Positions 38,896 to 53,057 of a DNA stretch of 64,000 bases are shown piece by piece (within the stretch, counting starts at the first letter, position 1; every line of letters begins with the position of its first letter). The position numbers and the translations under genes are program-made. The notes beneath the pieces were generated by a model that was not told the DNA's origin, searched no databases, and saw only the letters and a list, made by a program, of their open reading frames with translations. Location: assembly GCF_006345805.1 (NCBI RefSeq), contig NC_043000.1, forward strand, positions 104,532,001 through 104,596,000, written 5' to 3'. The stretch is from Octopus sinensis (taxonomy: Eukaryota).

Positions 38896-39414
38896 TATAA
38901 GATATTTATTTTTGAAATAGTTTGATCTCGAAGCACACTGGAACTATAAATAATAGCATGCAAATATTGGATTGAAGTCGAAGGCTTCGGGTTGGATGCA
39001 TATCTCCTGCAGACGTGTTCACTGGAGTTATGGATTTGAGTCCAACGAGCACCCTTTGACTTTTTTTTTATCGAAGAGGGATTCTTTAACACACTATTTA
39101 CATGCTATTGCTTATAGCTTTACATGTGCTTCGAGTTGAAATTATAAAAAAAAAACAAGAAAAAAAAATGAATTATTTCACGTTCTCTCGAAAGTTTATA
39201 AGGGATTCTTATGAGGTCAACAAATTGTATGAGGTCATACATACATACAAATATGCATACATACATGCATACATGCATACATACATACATGCATGCATGC
39301 ATACATACATACATAATACATACAAACATACACACACATACGCACGCACACGTTATATATATATGTATACGTGTGTGTGTATATATATGTATATATACAT
39401 ACACACGCACACAT

Positions 39415-39454
<40 letters not shown>

Positions 39455-39777
39455 AAGAGAACACGAGATTATATAACATATCTATGTACATATCAATTTA
39501 TATTGCGTTATATATGCGTATGCATACACACATGCATATAAATATATATACACACATGCATATACGCACATACACCCACCCACATATACATGTTACACAT
39601 AACTTCCTATGCAACAAAGAAAGAACTCCATTAGACAAAATGGACAATTCAACATAAAATTGGTTAACAGACTTCCCAGGCTGCACTTTAAGTAAACATG
39701 TATTAATGAATGGCTGCACAGCAATCATGAACGCACACAATGGAAGTATATATGGAGGAATGTATATATGCATATAC

Positions 39778-40160
<383 letters not shown>

Positions 40161-42180
40161 ATATATAGAGTGTATATGTGCTTAAAGAGTATTATGCGCA
40201 TATGTAAATATATATATGTATTCATGTATACACATAAATATATACGCAGGTATATGTGTGTGCATTCGCCTGTATGCGCTTACACATATGTATAAAGATA
40301 ACTATGAGTATGCATGTATGTTTTCAAATCTATATATGCGGGTGGATGTAGCTGAAGACTTGTGTACGTATATATGGATTTATGTAGGTGTTCATTAGTG
40401 TATATGTATACGTGAACGTCCTTATGAATGTGTATTTATATATATATATGCATGTCTGTGTATGTATATATGCATGTCTGTGAATGTGCCTATATCTTTA
40501 TCCTTATACATGTGTGCATGCATGCATGTTAGTTTATATGTATATGCATATGTCTTACAACGCACATTGGTGTCTCTTGTGAGTGTGTGTGTGTATGTGT
40601 GTGTCTGTGTGTGTGTGCGTGCGCCTGTGCATTTGCATGTGTATATGTGTGCCTATGTGAATGTTACCGTACAGATTAATAGAATCCCAGTCCGTAATTA
40701 CTGACCCAGTTATTATCAATCGATAATAAAACAATAACCAATCAATAGACACACAGTAACTAACAAGAACAACAAAACAAACGAAGACACCTATGACGAC
40801 TACTTTGATGACTTAATTTGCCACTTAGAAGTAATTATCAAAGTTATTCTCTTACTGTTCCAGAAAGCCAGCCAAGTCTTTTTTTCTTCTCTTAAGAACA
40901 TAACGTAAAACACTAACTTCGTAGTAAAAGAAATTGTTTCTCTCAACTTCACCAGCCATTTTCTATTACAATATTATTACCTTACTTTGCTGTTATTTTC
41001 TTTTTCTTTTTATCATCATAAGTTTTTTTTTCTTAATCTCTTTCGCCTTTTTCTCTGTCTGTCTTTCTCTGTTACTCTATTGCCGTCTTTCCCTGTTGCT
41101 CTCGTGTATTTTCTCTCTTTCCTCTTATTATTCAACTATCTTGTATTTCACACACTTGGACGTTCTGTATCGTTCTCATGTCGCCTTTCCGTCTTTTCAT
41201 GTTGCTCTCTTGTTTTCCCTATCATAAACCACTATTTTCTTTTAAGTTCTCTTGTCATCTCTCACTAATTCTGTCTAATAATGTTGTTCTCTATTTCTCT
41301 TATACTTTTGCTCTTTTCTCATCTTTCAGTCTACATCTCTTTCCTTCTTTCGTTTTGACGTCGTTCTGCCTTGCCTTCTTTGGGTCTTTCTTTACTGTGT
41401 TGCTTTTGCATTTTGCCATCTCACTTTCTTTTTTTTTCTTTTATTCTCTCGGCTCCCTCTTGTTTCCCTCTCATCTTCGAGCTATTTGTCTTTCGTTTTT
41501 TACAATTCTTGCTGAAATGTTCTTTTGCTCTCCGGCTATCTTTCTCAGTTGTCATCTTATTTTCATGCTACCTTCCTATCTTTTACTTTGCTACCTTGTT
41601 ATCATGTTCTCGTTTTCCCATTTCTCACTTGTTCTCGTACCCTCTCTCAAGACGCATCTGACTTTCTCTAATTTCATCTTGTCCTTGTCTTTTGATGGCT
41701 GTTATATGAAAAGTTACTTGTAAAGTAGACGCTAGCGTAACTAGCAAGCCTAGAAAATTAAAATAATTAAAGTAGTCCACAGTCATTATTTAAATGATTA
41801 ATGCTGGTCAAAAAAGGCAGGGAAAACTCCTCCAAATTAGTGTTTTTCTAACTATTTAGCTTTCTCGTTTACCCGCTCGCTTTTTCACTTATTTTGCCGC
41901 CATGATTCTTTTTGCTGTTTTGCTTGACTTCTGTTTTACTCACACGCTATTTTGTCTCAAGCTATTTGTCTCCCGTTATTTCTTCCTCTTTTGATTTCTT
42001 CTCCCCAAACTGATAGTTAATCTTAATACCTTTCTACCACACTACGTCCCTCTCTGTCTCTCGATATACTTCTCTCATTCTGAACGACTATCTTATTATC
42101 TTCTGACCCTCTTTATATCTCCCAGCAAACCGCTAAACAGAAAATAAAAGGACGAAAGGAAAAAAACTCCTTCTCGAATC

Positions 42181-42388
42181 ATATAGACTCATAAGGGCCG
42201 GTTTCCCGATTTTTGTGGCCTATATATTTCCCTCCTGGACGGAACGCCTGTCGACCACAGAAATACTCATTTTCGCCAGCTGAATGAACTGGAGCAATAA
42301 GAACACATTGCATCGCCCAATCCAAGAATCAAAACCACAATCTTACGATCATGAGTCCAACACCCTAACCACTAAGCCACGCACCTCT
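42181..42388 (-). mobile_element. tRNA-derived SINE of a further family
   Basis: Minus-strand head gaggtgcgtggcttagtggttagggtgttggactcatgatcgtaagattgtggttttgattc has tRNA A/B-box layout, followed by a non-tRNA body. Confidence 0.7.
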
Positions 42389-43185
42389 ACAAATAATACC
42401 AGGAGGGAAACCAAAATTGAAATAGATACACAGTGCAAGTTCTTTCGTTGGTGTTTGTAATAATAATAATAATAATGAAATTATTGTATACAGTGCTCAG
42501 GTGTGACCGAGTAGTATACATTACAGTTCAGGACCCAAAGGATTCAGGTTCAATCCCCACAAAAGGTAGCATTTCAAAGCCAGCAAGAATCATGACCTAA
42601 GTGAACCCGGATCCCTTAGAGTGTCAGGAACTAACGGGCCAAAACACTTACTAGCTGGGAGTTCTTCCTGCTGTCCGCTCACCCTGTAGCGAGTTTCCAG
42701 TTACTTCTCACATTATCACATTTAATATCTTCCATTTGTGTGGACCATCTTTTTTTATATCTTCCTCTCATACTAAATTTCTCTCTCGATGGCTTCTTAT
42801 ATTCCCACTCTCCCTTATTATATTTTAATCTTGTTCTTTTGTTCGTTTTATTTCATTTATTCCCCTCTATTAACATTCACTTTTTACTTTTGCGTTTTCG
42901 ATTTACCTTTTTCCTTATTCTTGTATTATTTTCTTCCGCGCTTTCTTGCTTCCATGTTTTCGAGATTTTTTCTGAATTTCTGCATTTCTTTTTGTCTTAT
43001 ATTTTCTTTCCTATTCTTTCTTTCTTTATTTTCTTTCCTTACTTTTTTGTAAAAGATTTGCAAAAGAGAGCAAAAAAAAAAAAAAAGAGAAAAAAACGAA
43101 ACTTTTTTCTTCCAAATATCTGCCAACGGCAAGTGTGAGACTAGTAATTTAATTACTTCCAATTGTTCACTGACCAATCGATTGA

Positions 43186-43430
43186 ACTCACTCTTTTCCC
43201 TACCTCATTTCTCTCTATTTCTTATAACTATTAAAAAAAAAACCAGTGACTTCGAAGTTTTATCCAAGCCAGTTTTTAAAACTTGATAACTATTTTAGAA
43301 TATATATCTCACTCTTTTCCCCCACCCCATTTCTCTGTATTTCTTATGACTAATTTAAAATAAAAGATTGTCAGTGACTTCGAAGTTTCATCCAAATTAG
43401 TTTTTAAAACTTGATAGCTATTTTTGAATA
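43186..43430. repeat. Tandem duplication of a ~120-bp unit
   Basis: ctcactcttttccc...cagtgacttcgaagttt...agtttttaaaacttgata occurs twice. Confidence 0.85.
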
Positions 43431-43481
43431 AACTCTAATAAACTCTAAATTCATCCATCTATGCATCCATGTATATGTACC

Positions 43482-43760
<279 letters not shown>

Positions 43761-44515
43761 TTTCACATATTAGATTAAAAACAATTCAGAGACTTAAGAT
43801 GAGTGTCATTTGTAAACTGGTACAACCAGCGCTATCTTTAAGGTGCTCACTGACCCGGGTGCATTACCGTAGAAGTGGTCTTCCAGCTCACCATGTTAAA
43901 CTGTATTCCAATACGGCTTCACTATAAGGAATTCACGAAACCCATGAGCTTCCTGGCACCGAGTGCTGCAGCCAGCACTCAAGCACCTACCTTAAGATGG
44001 CACTGAGTACAACTTGACTGACAAATAACACTGTCGCTTCTGTAAACATCATCAACAGTTTACCTAAGAAATAGAGACAAAGAAAGGAGGAAATAAAGAG
44101 GAATACAGATAGATATACTAATTAAGAGAGAGGAGAGAGAGAGAGGGGTGGGTAGGTGGAGAGGGGAAAGAATGAGCGCCAGTGAGATAGAGATACTTTA
44201 ATAGAAAATAACAATACAAGTTTGATAGCAACTGTTGTAAGTATTTTTTTTCTTCACAAGGAAAATTCTTTAGTCTTCATCATTTGTATGCATATCCGCC
44301 AACGTCTCGCTATTCGTTTTTTGTTCTTTTTATTGTATAAGAAACGAATATTTTGCCATCTCTCTGATGTCATCGATACATAGAAACAGAGAGAAAAAAA
44401 AGCCATACGCCTGTTTTTCAGGATACAAGACTGAGTAATAAGCTAATTAAGAAAAATATAAACACCACCACTGTCGTTGCCACCGTCGTCGTTGTCATTA
44501 TAATTACTGTTACTA

Positions 44516-45298
44516 AGGTGGTGAGCTGGCAGAATCGTTAGCGCGCCAGACGAAATGCTTAGCGGTATTTCATCTGCCATTACGTTGTGGGTTCGAATTC
44601 CGCCGAGGTCGACTTTGCCTTTCATCCTTTCGGGGTCGATAAATTAAGTATCAGTTACGCACTGGGAGTCGATGTAATCGACTTAATCCGTTTGTCTGTC
44701 CTTGTTTGTCCACTCTATGTTTAACCCCTTGTGGGTAGTAAAGAAATAGGTATTTCATCTGCCGCTACGTTCTGAGTTCAAATTCCGCCGAGGTCGACTT
44801 TGCCTTTCATCCTTTCGGGATCAATTAAATAAGTATCAGTTACGCACTGGGGTCGATATAATCGACTTAATCCGTTTGTCTGTCCTTGTTTGTCCCTTCT
44901 GTGTTTAGACCTTTGTGGGTAGTAAAGAAATAGGTATTTCGCCCGCCTCTACGTTCTGAGCTCAAATTCCGTTGAGGTCGACTTTGTTTTCATCCTTTCG
45001 GGGTCGATAAATTAAGTACCAGTTGAGTACTGGGGTCCATGTAATCCCCTCCTCCAAATTTCAGGCATTGTGCCTATTATAGAAAGGATTATGAGCTAGG
45101 AGAATCATAAGCACGCTGGACAAAATGCTTACAGGTATTTGTTCCGGCTTTTAGTTTCTGAGTTCAAATACATCCGAGGTCGACTTTGCCTTTCATCCTT
45201 TCAGGGTCGATAAATTAAATACCAGTGAAACACTGGGGTCGATGTAATCGACTATCCCCCGTCCTAAAATTTCAGGCCTTGTGCCTATAGTAGAAAGG

Positions 45299-45300
<2 letters not shown>
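44516..45300 (+). mobile_element. Head-to-tail array of four family A SINE units
   Basis: The body gaggtcgactttg(cc)tttcatccttt occurs four times (near 44605, 44790, 44975, 45178). Confidence 0.9.
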
Positions 45301-45330
<30 letters not shown>

Positions 45331-45391
45331 TCTTCTTCTTTTCTTCTTCTTCTTCTTCTTCTTCTTTTCTTCTTCTTCTTCTTCTTCTTCT

Positions 45392-45422
<31 letters not shown>

Positions 45423-45434
45423 TTATTATATTAT

Positions 45435-45827
45435 TATTATATGTTGATTTTTGCTTTGTATTTGTACAAGTTGGCTCCAAGTCTCACCCAGAGACAACAA
45501 GTTAGAAGTTCATGTTATGCCTAGGGTGTCATATATTTGGTTTTGCCCTTGGTATTGTTCTATGGGAGTGTTTAAGATATCATAAGAAAATTATGAGTTT
45601 GTTTTAAGATTTGAGATTACATAGACAGTATTTTACGTAGGATAAGGGCAGTTCCCATGAGCACTATCTTTTGAATTTCTGTCATTTTGGTGTTTCCTGG
45701 AATCTGAGCTAGGTAGGACTCAGCCCTTTTGCTATCATTCCTTGGGCACCTATGACAACAGGTATTGTTTTAGTCTTGAGGTACCACACTTTGCCAATTT
45801 CTATTTCAAGATCTTTATACTTGCTCA
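45435..45827 (-). mobile_element. R4/Dong-like (restriction-like endonuclease) non-LTR 3' fragment flanked by (TAA)n
   Basis: Minus strand SKYKDLEIEIGKVWYLKTKTIPVVIGAQGMIAKG / YLAQIPGNTKMTEIQKIVLMGTALILRKILSM* (stop at 45617-45619), then a 3' UTR and TAA repeats. Confidence 0.8.
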
Positions 45828-45853
45828 TTATTATATTATTATTTAATATAATA

Positions 45854-45885
<32 letters not shown>

Positions 45886-45976
45886 TATTATTATTTATTA
45901 TTATTATCATCATCTTTATTATATTCTATTATTATTTATCATCATTATTATTATTTATTATTATTATTATATATTA

Positions 45977-46034
<58 letters not shown>

Positions 46035-46036
<2 letters not shown>

Positions 46037-46170
46037 ATGGCCAACTGACAAAATGTCTAGCGACATTTCTTCCGATTCATTACGTTCTGGGTTCAAATTC
46101 CATCAGGATCAACTTTACCTTTCACACTACCAGGGTCATAAGTTGAAAACTGGGATCGATGTAATCGATC
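46035..46170 (+). mobile_element. Degenerate family A SINE fragment
   Basis: gacaaaatgtctagcgacatttc...ttacgttctgggttcaaattcc...actgggatcgatgtaatcga. Confidence 0.65.
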
Positions 46171-46239
46171 GAAGAATGGGTATCTGGATTCGTGAGTGTT
46201 GATTGGATTGGGTCTAGCAATATCGACAGCAAACTGTTT

Positions 46240-46575
46240 GTCAGTGAGAAGATATCAAGAGATTGTATACACGAGAGGAAGATATCAGTGAAGATTAATC
46301 AGTATGTTGGGATACTCTCCCTCGAGAGACAGTCATGAGGGGGAGAATATCAATATAGTTACAACTAGTCATTGGGGAAAGATAGACAGTCAACATGAGA
46401 GGAAAATATTACGAAAGAAACATTCAATGTGAAGGAAACTTATCAAGAGAGACAGCATGAAAGGAAGATAAGAGAAATAGCATGAATGGAATGTATCAAG
46501 AGAGACATTCACCATAAACGGAAGACATCAAAAGAGGCAATCAGCGTAAGAGGAAGATAACAATAGTGATAGTCT
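46240..46575. repeat. Degenerate purine-rich minisatellite (~33-36 bp unit, gagaggaagatatcaagagagacagtc-like)
   Basis: Motif variants recur about eight to ten times. Confidence 0.6.
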
Positions 46576-47486
46576 TAATCGAGCGATAGAACTTAAATCT
46601 AAAGTTCAAGAACAAGCGACAAGCACTCAGTTTCGATTACCATTTGAATGAAATTTACTTTACTAGTTTTAGGAAAGACATAAATGTCACAGCTTCACAT
46701 TTACCACTTCTAAAATATTAGACATATTGACTTGGTTAAAAATGATAACAATGCAATGTATTTAATTTTGAAACGAAACTAAGAATAAGAGAATTTCTTT
46801 CTCTGAAACAGGCCCCTGGATATTAGTTCTTGCTATTGTTCAGTTAAGAAAATGAACACGTATATTTTGTAATTAAATAATCTCACAAGTTCGGTGTGGT
46901 GTCCATAAATTTTATTGGTTTTCTCAAACTGGTGAGGCTGATACTGTTATGTTTAATTCAAACTTCTGTTGGATGATGCACATGGAGAAAGTTTGGCGTG
47001 TTTGGTGCAGGCGATTAGAGAGGGGAGGCTGTGGTGTATTGAATGGTGTATCTAATGGTGAAAGAGACAAGGAGTGAGGATAGAAAACAGATTAGTTACC
47101 AGTGAGAATGTTACTAAGTTAGGGTATCAAGCTTTGCTAATAATCTCGATGGTAATTTTATTTGAATGCGCGCGCGCGTATGTATGTATGTATGTATGTA
47201 TGTATGTATGTATGTATGTATGGGTTCATCTTAATTTTTTCCGGCAGATAATAGCCGAAATATTACATTGCATCTATTTGTTTCAGCAACATTCGCAAAT
47301 GAAAACTCCTTAGGTTTGAATCCTAACTCTTCGCTAACTTTTTTGTTTACTCTACATATATTCATAGATTTCCAGATGTATATTCACCATTACGATCGGT
47401 TTTCATTATGATACTGCACCTGGTAGCCAATACCCGTAGAGAAGCTTTATAAAGTAGACTGCAAGGTTCATGCCCAAATTAAGTTG

Positions 47487-47517
<31 letters not shown>

Positions 47518-48273
47518 TGTATGTATGTATGTATGTATGTATGTATGTATGTATGTATGTATGTTTGTTTGTATGTATGTATGTATGTATGTATGTTTGT
47601 ATGTATGTTTGTATGTATGTATAAGGACATGAACATGATCGAGTGAAGAAGTTCGATTCCCAATCGGAAGGTTTGGGGTTCTCTCTCATCACACGGTATA
47701 TTGGATAGCCTGTCATTAATCAGAGCCTTGTGAGTGAAAATGGGTTGACGGAAACCGTGGAAGACGGTCGGATGACAATAACTGTAATTCAAAGGCCCAA
47801 TCTTAAGAAGCCCTTTGATACGCCGATTGTGCTCGATGGTTAAGTTTAAGGTACAAATGTATGTGAAATACACAGTCACTTCCATTATAGTTCAATGAAT
47901 AATTTATATATATATATATCCCTACTGAAAAGCTTGTTTTGTGCCAACATTTAATACCAAACTTCTGAATGTTATCAATATTATTAAAGTTAAATGTGGT
48001 TAGACGTAAATTCAACATTTTAATAACCGCATTCTCAGATGTTTCAGGCATTTACCCATCTGACTATTTCCCACGCAAAAATTCCATGTAAAATATTATT
48101 TTCGGTCTAAAATAATCAATATAATAAATAGCGTAATATTCTTAATTATTAATTAGTAGTTTTCCCAAAGAAATTTATGAAAATAAAATTCTTTTGAAAC
48201 TTCAATGTGTCTAATTGTTTTAGAATTTAATCATATACGCAACTCTACATTTGAACAGAAAATTGTTACTTTC

Positions 48274-48330
<57 letters not shown>

Positions 48331-48981
48331 GCACACACTCGCACACATACACACACAAGCGTGTGCGCATATATGCACGCGCACATACATGCACGCGCAC
48401 ATACAGGCATGCGCACACACATGCATACGTGCACATACGCATACGCACGCACGCACGCACGCGCGTATATATGTACATAGAAGAATAAATGTATGTATAT
48501 ATGCATATATGCATATATATATATGCATATAAATATGTATATATATATATTCATATATATATGTATATATAGTATATCTATGTGTATGCATATGTTTATA
48601 TACATACATATATAAATATATATATACATATATATATATATAGTATATGTGTGCATATATGAGTATGTATACATAAATGCATATAAACAAATGTCTATGT
48701 GTGTGTGTATATATATATATGCATGCATGCGCGTTTGTTTGTGTGTAGTATTCGTTCTCTACACTACTGGAAACTAAGCATATATTGTTATATGCATGTT
48801 TATAGCTCTACACACGTACACAGAACAATAGCGCGCATTCGTAGTCTATACGCTCACGCCCAGAAATATTTGCTTTTTATACGAAACATTTTTATGGTTG
48901 GAAATTTTTTACAGCAAAATATTTTTTAATCCATGCCAATGTATAATTTTTACGTTTGATATATCTTAGGTGTGTGTGTGT

Positions 48982-49019
<38 letters not shown>

Positions 49020-49274
49020 AGAGATCTTACATCTTATATATATATATGAGAGAGTGAATGTGTAAAGCAAGAAGACAGCTGAAAGTAAGCAGAGAAAGCG
49101 ACGTGTTTTCAATTCTTATTTCATTCTAGTTACTTTACTTCGTTGTTGTGGTTCCTTGGGAAAAACACGAACGATACAGCAATGCCTGACCCCACAATGC
49201 CTTCAAATATTGAGGATTATTTTAAAACCTGATAAAAAAAACCTGTATAGATACAGGCACATGCACTAACACAC

Positions 49275-49356
<82 letters not shown>

Positions 49357-49357
49357 A

Positions 49358-49390
<33 letters not shown>

Positions 49391-49412
49391 TCTATCTATC
49401 TATCTATCTATC

Positions 49413-49483
<71 letters not shown>

Positions 49484-49503
49484 TATCTATCTATCTATCT
49501 ATC

Positions 49504-49547
<44 letters not shown>

Positions 49548-49669
49548 GTCTGTCTGTCTATCTAGTTCCAAGATACATTTCACGGATGCACTGAGATGTA
49601 TCGTCAGCAATGCTTCTGGAGTCTTAGGAAATATTTTTAAAAATTAGACTCTTTTGATCAAGTTACAGT

Positions 49670-51809
49670 TGGCATTTTACGATCGGCTCTCTTTATCCAT
49701 AGATAAAGAGAGTGGTCTTCCTTGCAGCTTCAATGATGGAAATAATGACCCTCCTCTTTACTGTACCATTAACTCTATTCACAGTTAGAGCCTTGCAGAG
49801 TGAACACATCACAGAACCCCGGCTGCCTGTCTCAATTGCCTCACAACGTACCTGCTAGTTCTGGTTTCTGCACTGCTCTACCAGCGCCTCATGAGCTTCC
49901 TCTATATGTTATTCCTCGAACAGAGTCAGTTTTCACATGGTCACCAGTTTGATGGATTTTAAGAAGATCACTATGTCAAGGCTGAGCATTGTTTGTACAG
50001 TGTGGTCTTAGAACTTTTGTTCAATGAGATCCACTGTCTGCTGCCAGTCTGGTAATGTGGAAAGAAGGCATAGTCGTTATGTTTTAGTGAAGTCGGTTTC
50101 TCTCCAGCTTTGAGGAAAGTGAAGAACTTCTTTTCTGAGTGGTTATAACCTCTGCAACCAACTTCAGTTCCTGATCACGTCACCAGCTTTAGCGGCCATC
50201 GACTAATGCTCTGGGATAGCTGTTAAGGTTATATTGAAGGGACCCTCTTTCGGAATACAAAACACAGGAGGGTTGTTTACTCATGTAAAGGTTTATCGGA
50301 CTTGGTAAAGTATCGTAGTCAGCCTGGATTAGAAATCCGATGCGCCGAGGTCTGCCAGAAATCTGACCAAATGATACTCCGCTGCAGAATGTCGACCCCA
50401 CCAAACTTCCATGTTGGTCGAATTCCTCCATCCTATTAGCTTGTGCTTTCTCTATGCCTGCGCGGCCTTCTTCTTGGAGGAGATGCTATCGATCTTTTCT
50501 TTAGCATTACCAGTCTGATGGTTTGGAAATTAGCCCAAGCCTGAATGCTTTATCATTACAGTCCCAACCGTTCCGCCGCTACCCACAACTCTCATGGCAG
50601 CACTCCACTTCTTACTTGTGTAAACTTCAATGCCAGCTTCTGCTACTTTTGTGTCCCAGGAATCTCTGTACTTCATGGCTTCTCTTGTTCGTGATATTAT
50701 AAACTCTTTTGAGAGGCCGCAAAAGAGGAGTCATAAGGTGTTGGTTGGTCCATACAGAACGATACTGCTTAGGATCCTAGGTAAGCCAAGTTGCCTGCTC
50801 AAAGAACAGTCGATCTTCTTTTCCATAGTTTCCTCAGTTGACATACTGACATCGTATAATGACAGGGAACACAAAACCCCGAGCAGGATGGCGTCGTAGT
50901 ATGCACAAGCTTTGAAACAACCGTGAAATTCAGATTTGTCAAAGTTCATAAGCCAGTTCCAAAGGAACTGCTGGTTCTGCGGATGGTAGCTGCACCTTTC
51001 AGGCTGCTGTCAAAGAGTCCCTCCTCCGGATCTTGACTGGCTGTTCTATCAAATTTGAGATGGTAGTGTTAGAACCTTTTTCATTACTTAGCCTTGACTT
51101 TGATGGTTTGAAATTCATCCTTGGCTGTGAGATGAGTTTTTAGAATTCTTGAAGGATCCGCCTGCCACCAGCAACTGTTGCTGTTGTAAGGTCATTCACA
51201 AGGATTCTTATTGAGGATTGTTGCATGCTGGATTTTGTGTGGGGCCCTTGGTACTTTACCTGACTTGATCATTATGTTCATGGTAAGGGCGAAAAGGGTT
51301 GCTAAAATAGTGTGCCATTTTGATGATGATAATCCAGCATGAGGTCGTTGATCTTTCTTGGGACGTGGTGTCTTTGAAGTGCTATCATCTTCAAGCTTGT
51401 GTGACACAGACCCTTAGACATTTGTGATGTCCAGCCACAGAACCGCTAAATCTCCTTCGCTATTCTTCGCTTTTCTTAAGAGTTGAGAGACTGAGCCATA
51501 TGCTCACAGTAAACCAACCTTTCTGTGTCAATGTATAAATATACTTGTTATCTCGGAAAAACTTTGACGGGACAAGATACTGAAGAATACATTTCCTTTA
51601 ATGCTGAGTAGTGAGATGGTCCTGAATTGAGTGATTCTCTTCGAATTCTACATCTTAGGGTTCCAAACATCCTCAGCATACCCCTACTGGTTGGTAATCC
51701 TCCTCTGCGATATAAGTTTTAGCATCTTCCACAGCTATAAGAAGAGTCTGAAACAACGTTTGTAGGCATTGTACGGTACTTCACCGGCCTCTAGAGTAGA
51801 GATTTACCT
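49670..51809 (-). mobile_element. HERO-like (R2 superfamily) non-LTR retrotransposon, decayed RT and RLE domains, cut by the assembly gap
   Basis: Minus strand PGEVPYNAYKRC...LWKMLK...AEDVWNPK...ITQFRTISLLSIKGNVFFSIL, GDLAVLWLDITNV*GSVSHK, TLFALTMNIMIK, and C-terminal LSLDIVIF...EEAHE...ALVEQCR. Many stops and frameshifts. Confidence 0.8.
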
Positions 51810-51909
51810 NNNNNNNNNNNNNNNNNNNNNNNNNNNNNNNNNNNNNNNNNNNNNNNNNNNNNNNNNNNNNNNNNNNNNNNNNNNNNNNNNNNNNNNNNNN
51901 NNNNNNNNN
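51810..51909. other. Assembly gap (100 N)
   Basis: Run of n characters. Confidence 1.
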
Positions 51910-52252
51910 GGAGTCGTTTTATGAATAAAATTATATCATACCTGAACATCTCCAGGCATACACATTCAAAGAAATAAATAGATATTCTAATGTGGTATGC
52001 ATTGAGATGTTTTTATTCAGTTGTGTACATTGCATGAGAGTAATTCATTCATATTTAACTGTAGTCCTGTTTATAGAGCTTTTGCTGGCCAGGATACAAG
52101 TTTTCGCTACTTGCAATAATGTGTGCGTACGAGCAAACACACACTCACACACACATTCATATATTCTTACACGCAAACACACATTACGTTCATACGTCCA
52201 GTTATCCTCATTCAGATGTATATATATATATATAAACATGGGTGTCATATGC

Positions 52253-52321
<69 letters not shown>

Positions 52322-52328
52322 TATATTA

Positions 52329-52597
52329 CTGTTGGTCTGGGGAAACTCATTTTCTTTTTGGTGATTTATAATTTGACACACTCACCGGTTAAATTTCCAC
52401 TTATTCCTTATTTTTATTTTCCTAAAATTTTCGTTGCGTCTTGCAACCTTTTCAATAGTCTTGAAATAGACGACTGAAAAGGTTACAAGACGCAACGAAA
52501 ATTTTAGGAAAGTAATAATAAGGAATAAGTAGAAATTGTAACGTGTGTATGTTAAATATAAAGCACAAAAAGAAAAGACTCTCCCCAGAGACAACAG
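52329..52597. repeat. ~270-bp foldback (inverted dimer of a PLE-like terminal repeat) between (TA)n tracts
   Basis: cttattccttatt...ttcctaaaattttcgttgcgtcttgcaaccttttca is mirrored by tgaaaaggttacaagacgcaacgaaaattttaggaa...aataaggaataag; outer ends ctgttggtctgggga / tccccagagacaacag. Confidence 0.9.
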
Positions 52598-52672
52598 AAT
52601 ATGCTTCAACACACGACTCACATAAAGAATCTTGCAAACCAAAGCCAAACAAAATGATATTATATATATATT

Positions 52673-52731
<59 letters not shown>

Positions 52732-52986
52732 GAATGCACGCAAGCACTCACATACACAAAATGCACACATGTATACATATATATAATACATCACACACAC
52801 ACGCACACATTATATATATATATATACATATACACACACGTATGTATATATACATGCATATACATCCTTACATACCTACATATATACATACATATATATA
52901 TATGTATATATATATGTATATATATATATTTATATATACTGATATACACTCATGTATGCATACATACATACATACATACATAATGC

Positions 52987-53057
<71 letters not shown>

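Noticed and set aside
40934-43177. Hydrophobic Phe/Leu/Ser-rich ORFs resembling membrane proteins
   Set aside because: Pyrimidine-rich low-complexity DNA yields such ORFs in several frames at once.
44516-44605. tRNA-like sequence at SINE heads
   Set aside because: A/B boxes run into SINE bodies and no complete cloverleaf is evident, so these are not called as tRNA genes.
44516-45300. Regularly spaced repeats suggestive of a CRISPR array
   Set aside because: Eukaryotic context, units are ~180-230-bp SINEs without unique spacers, and there are no cas genes.
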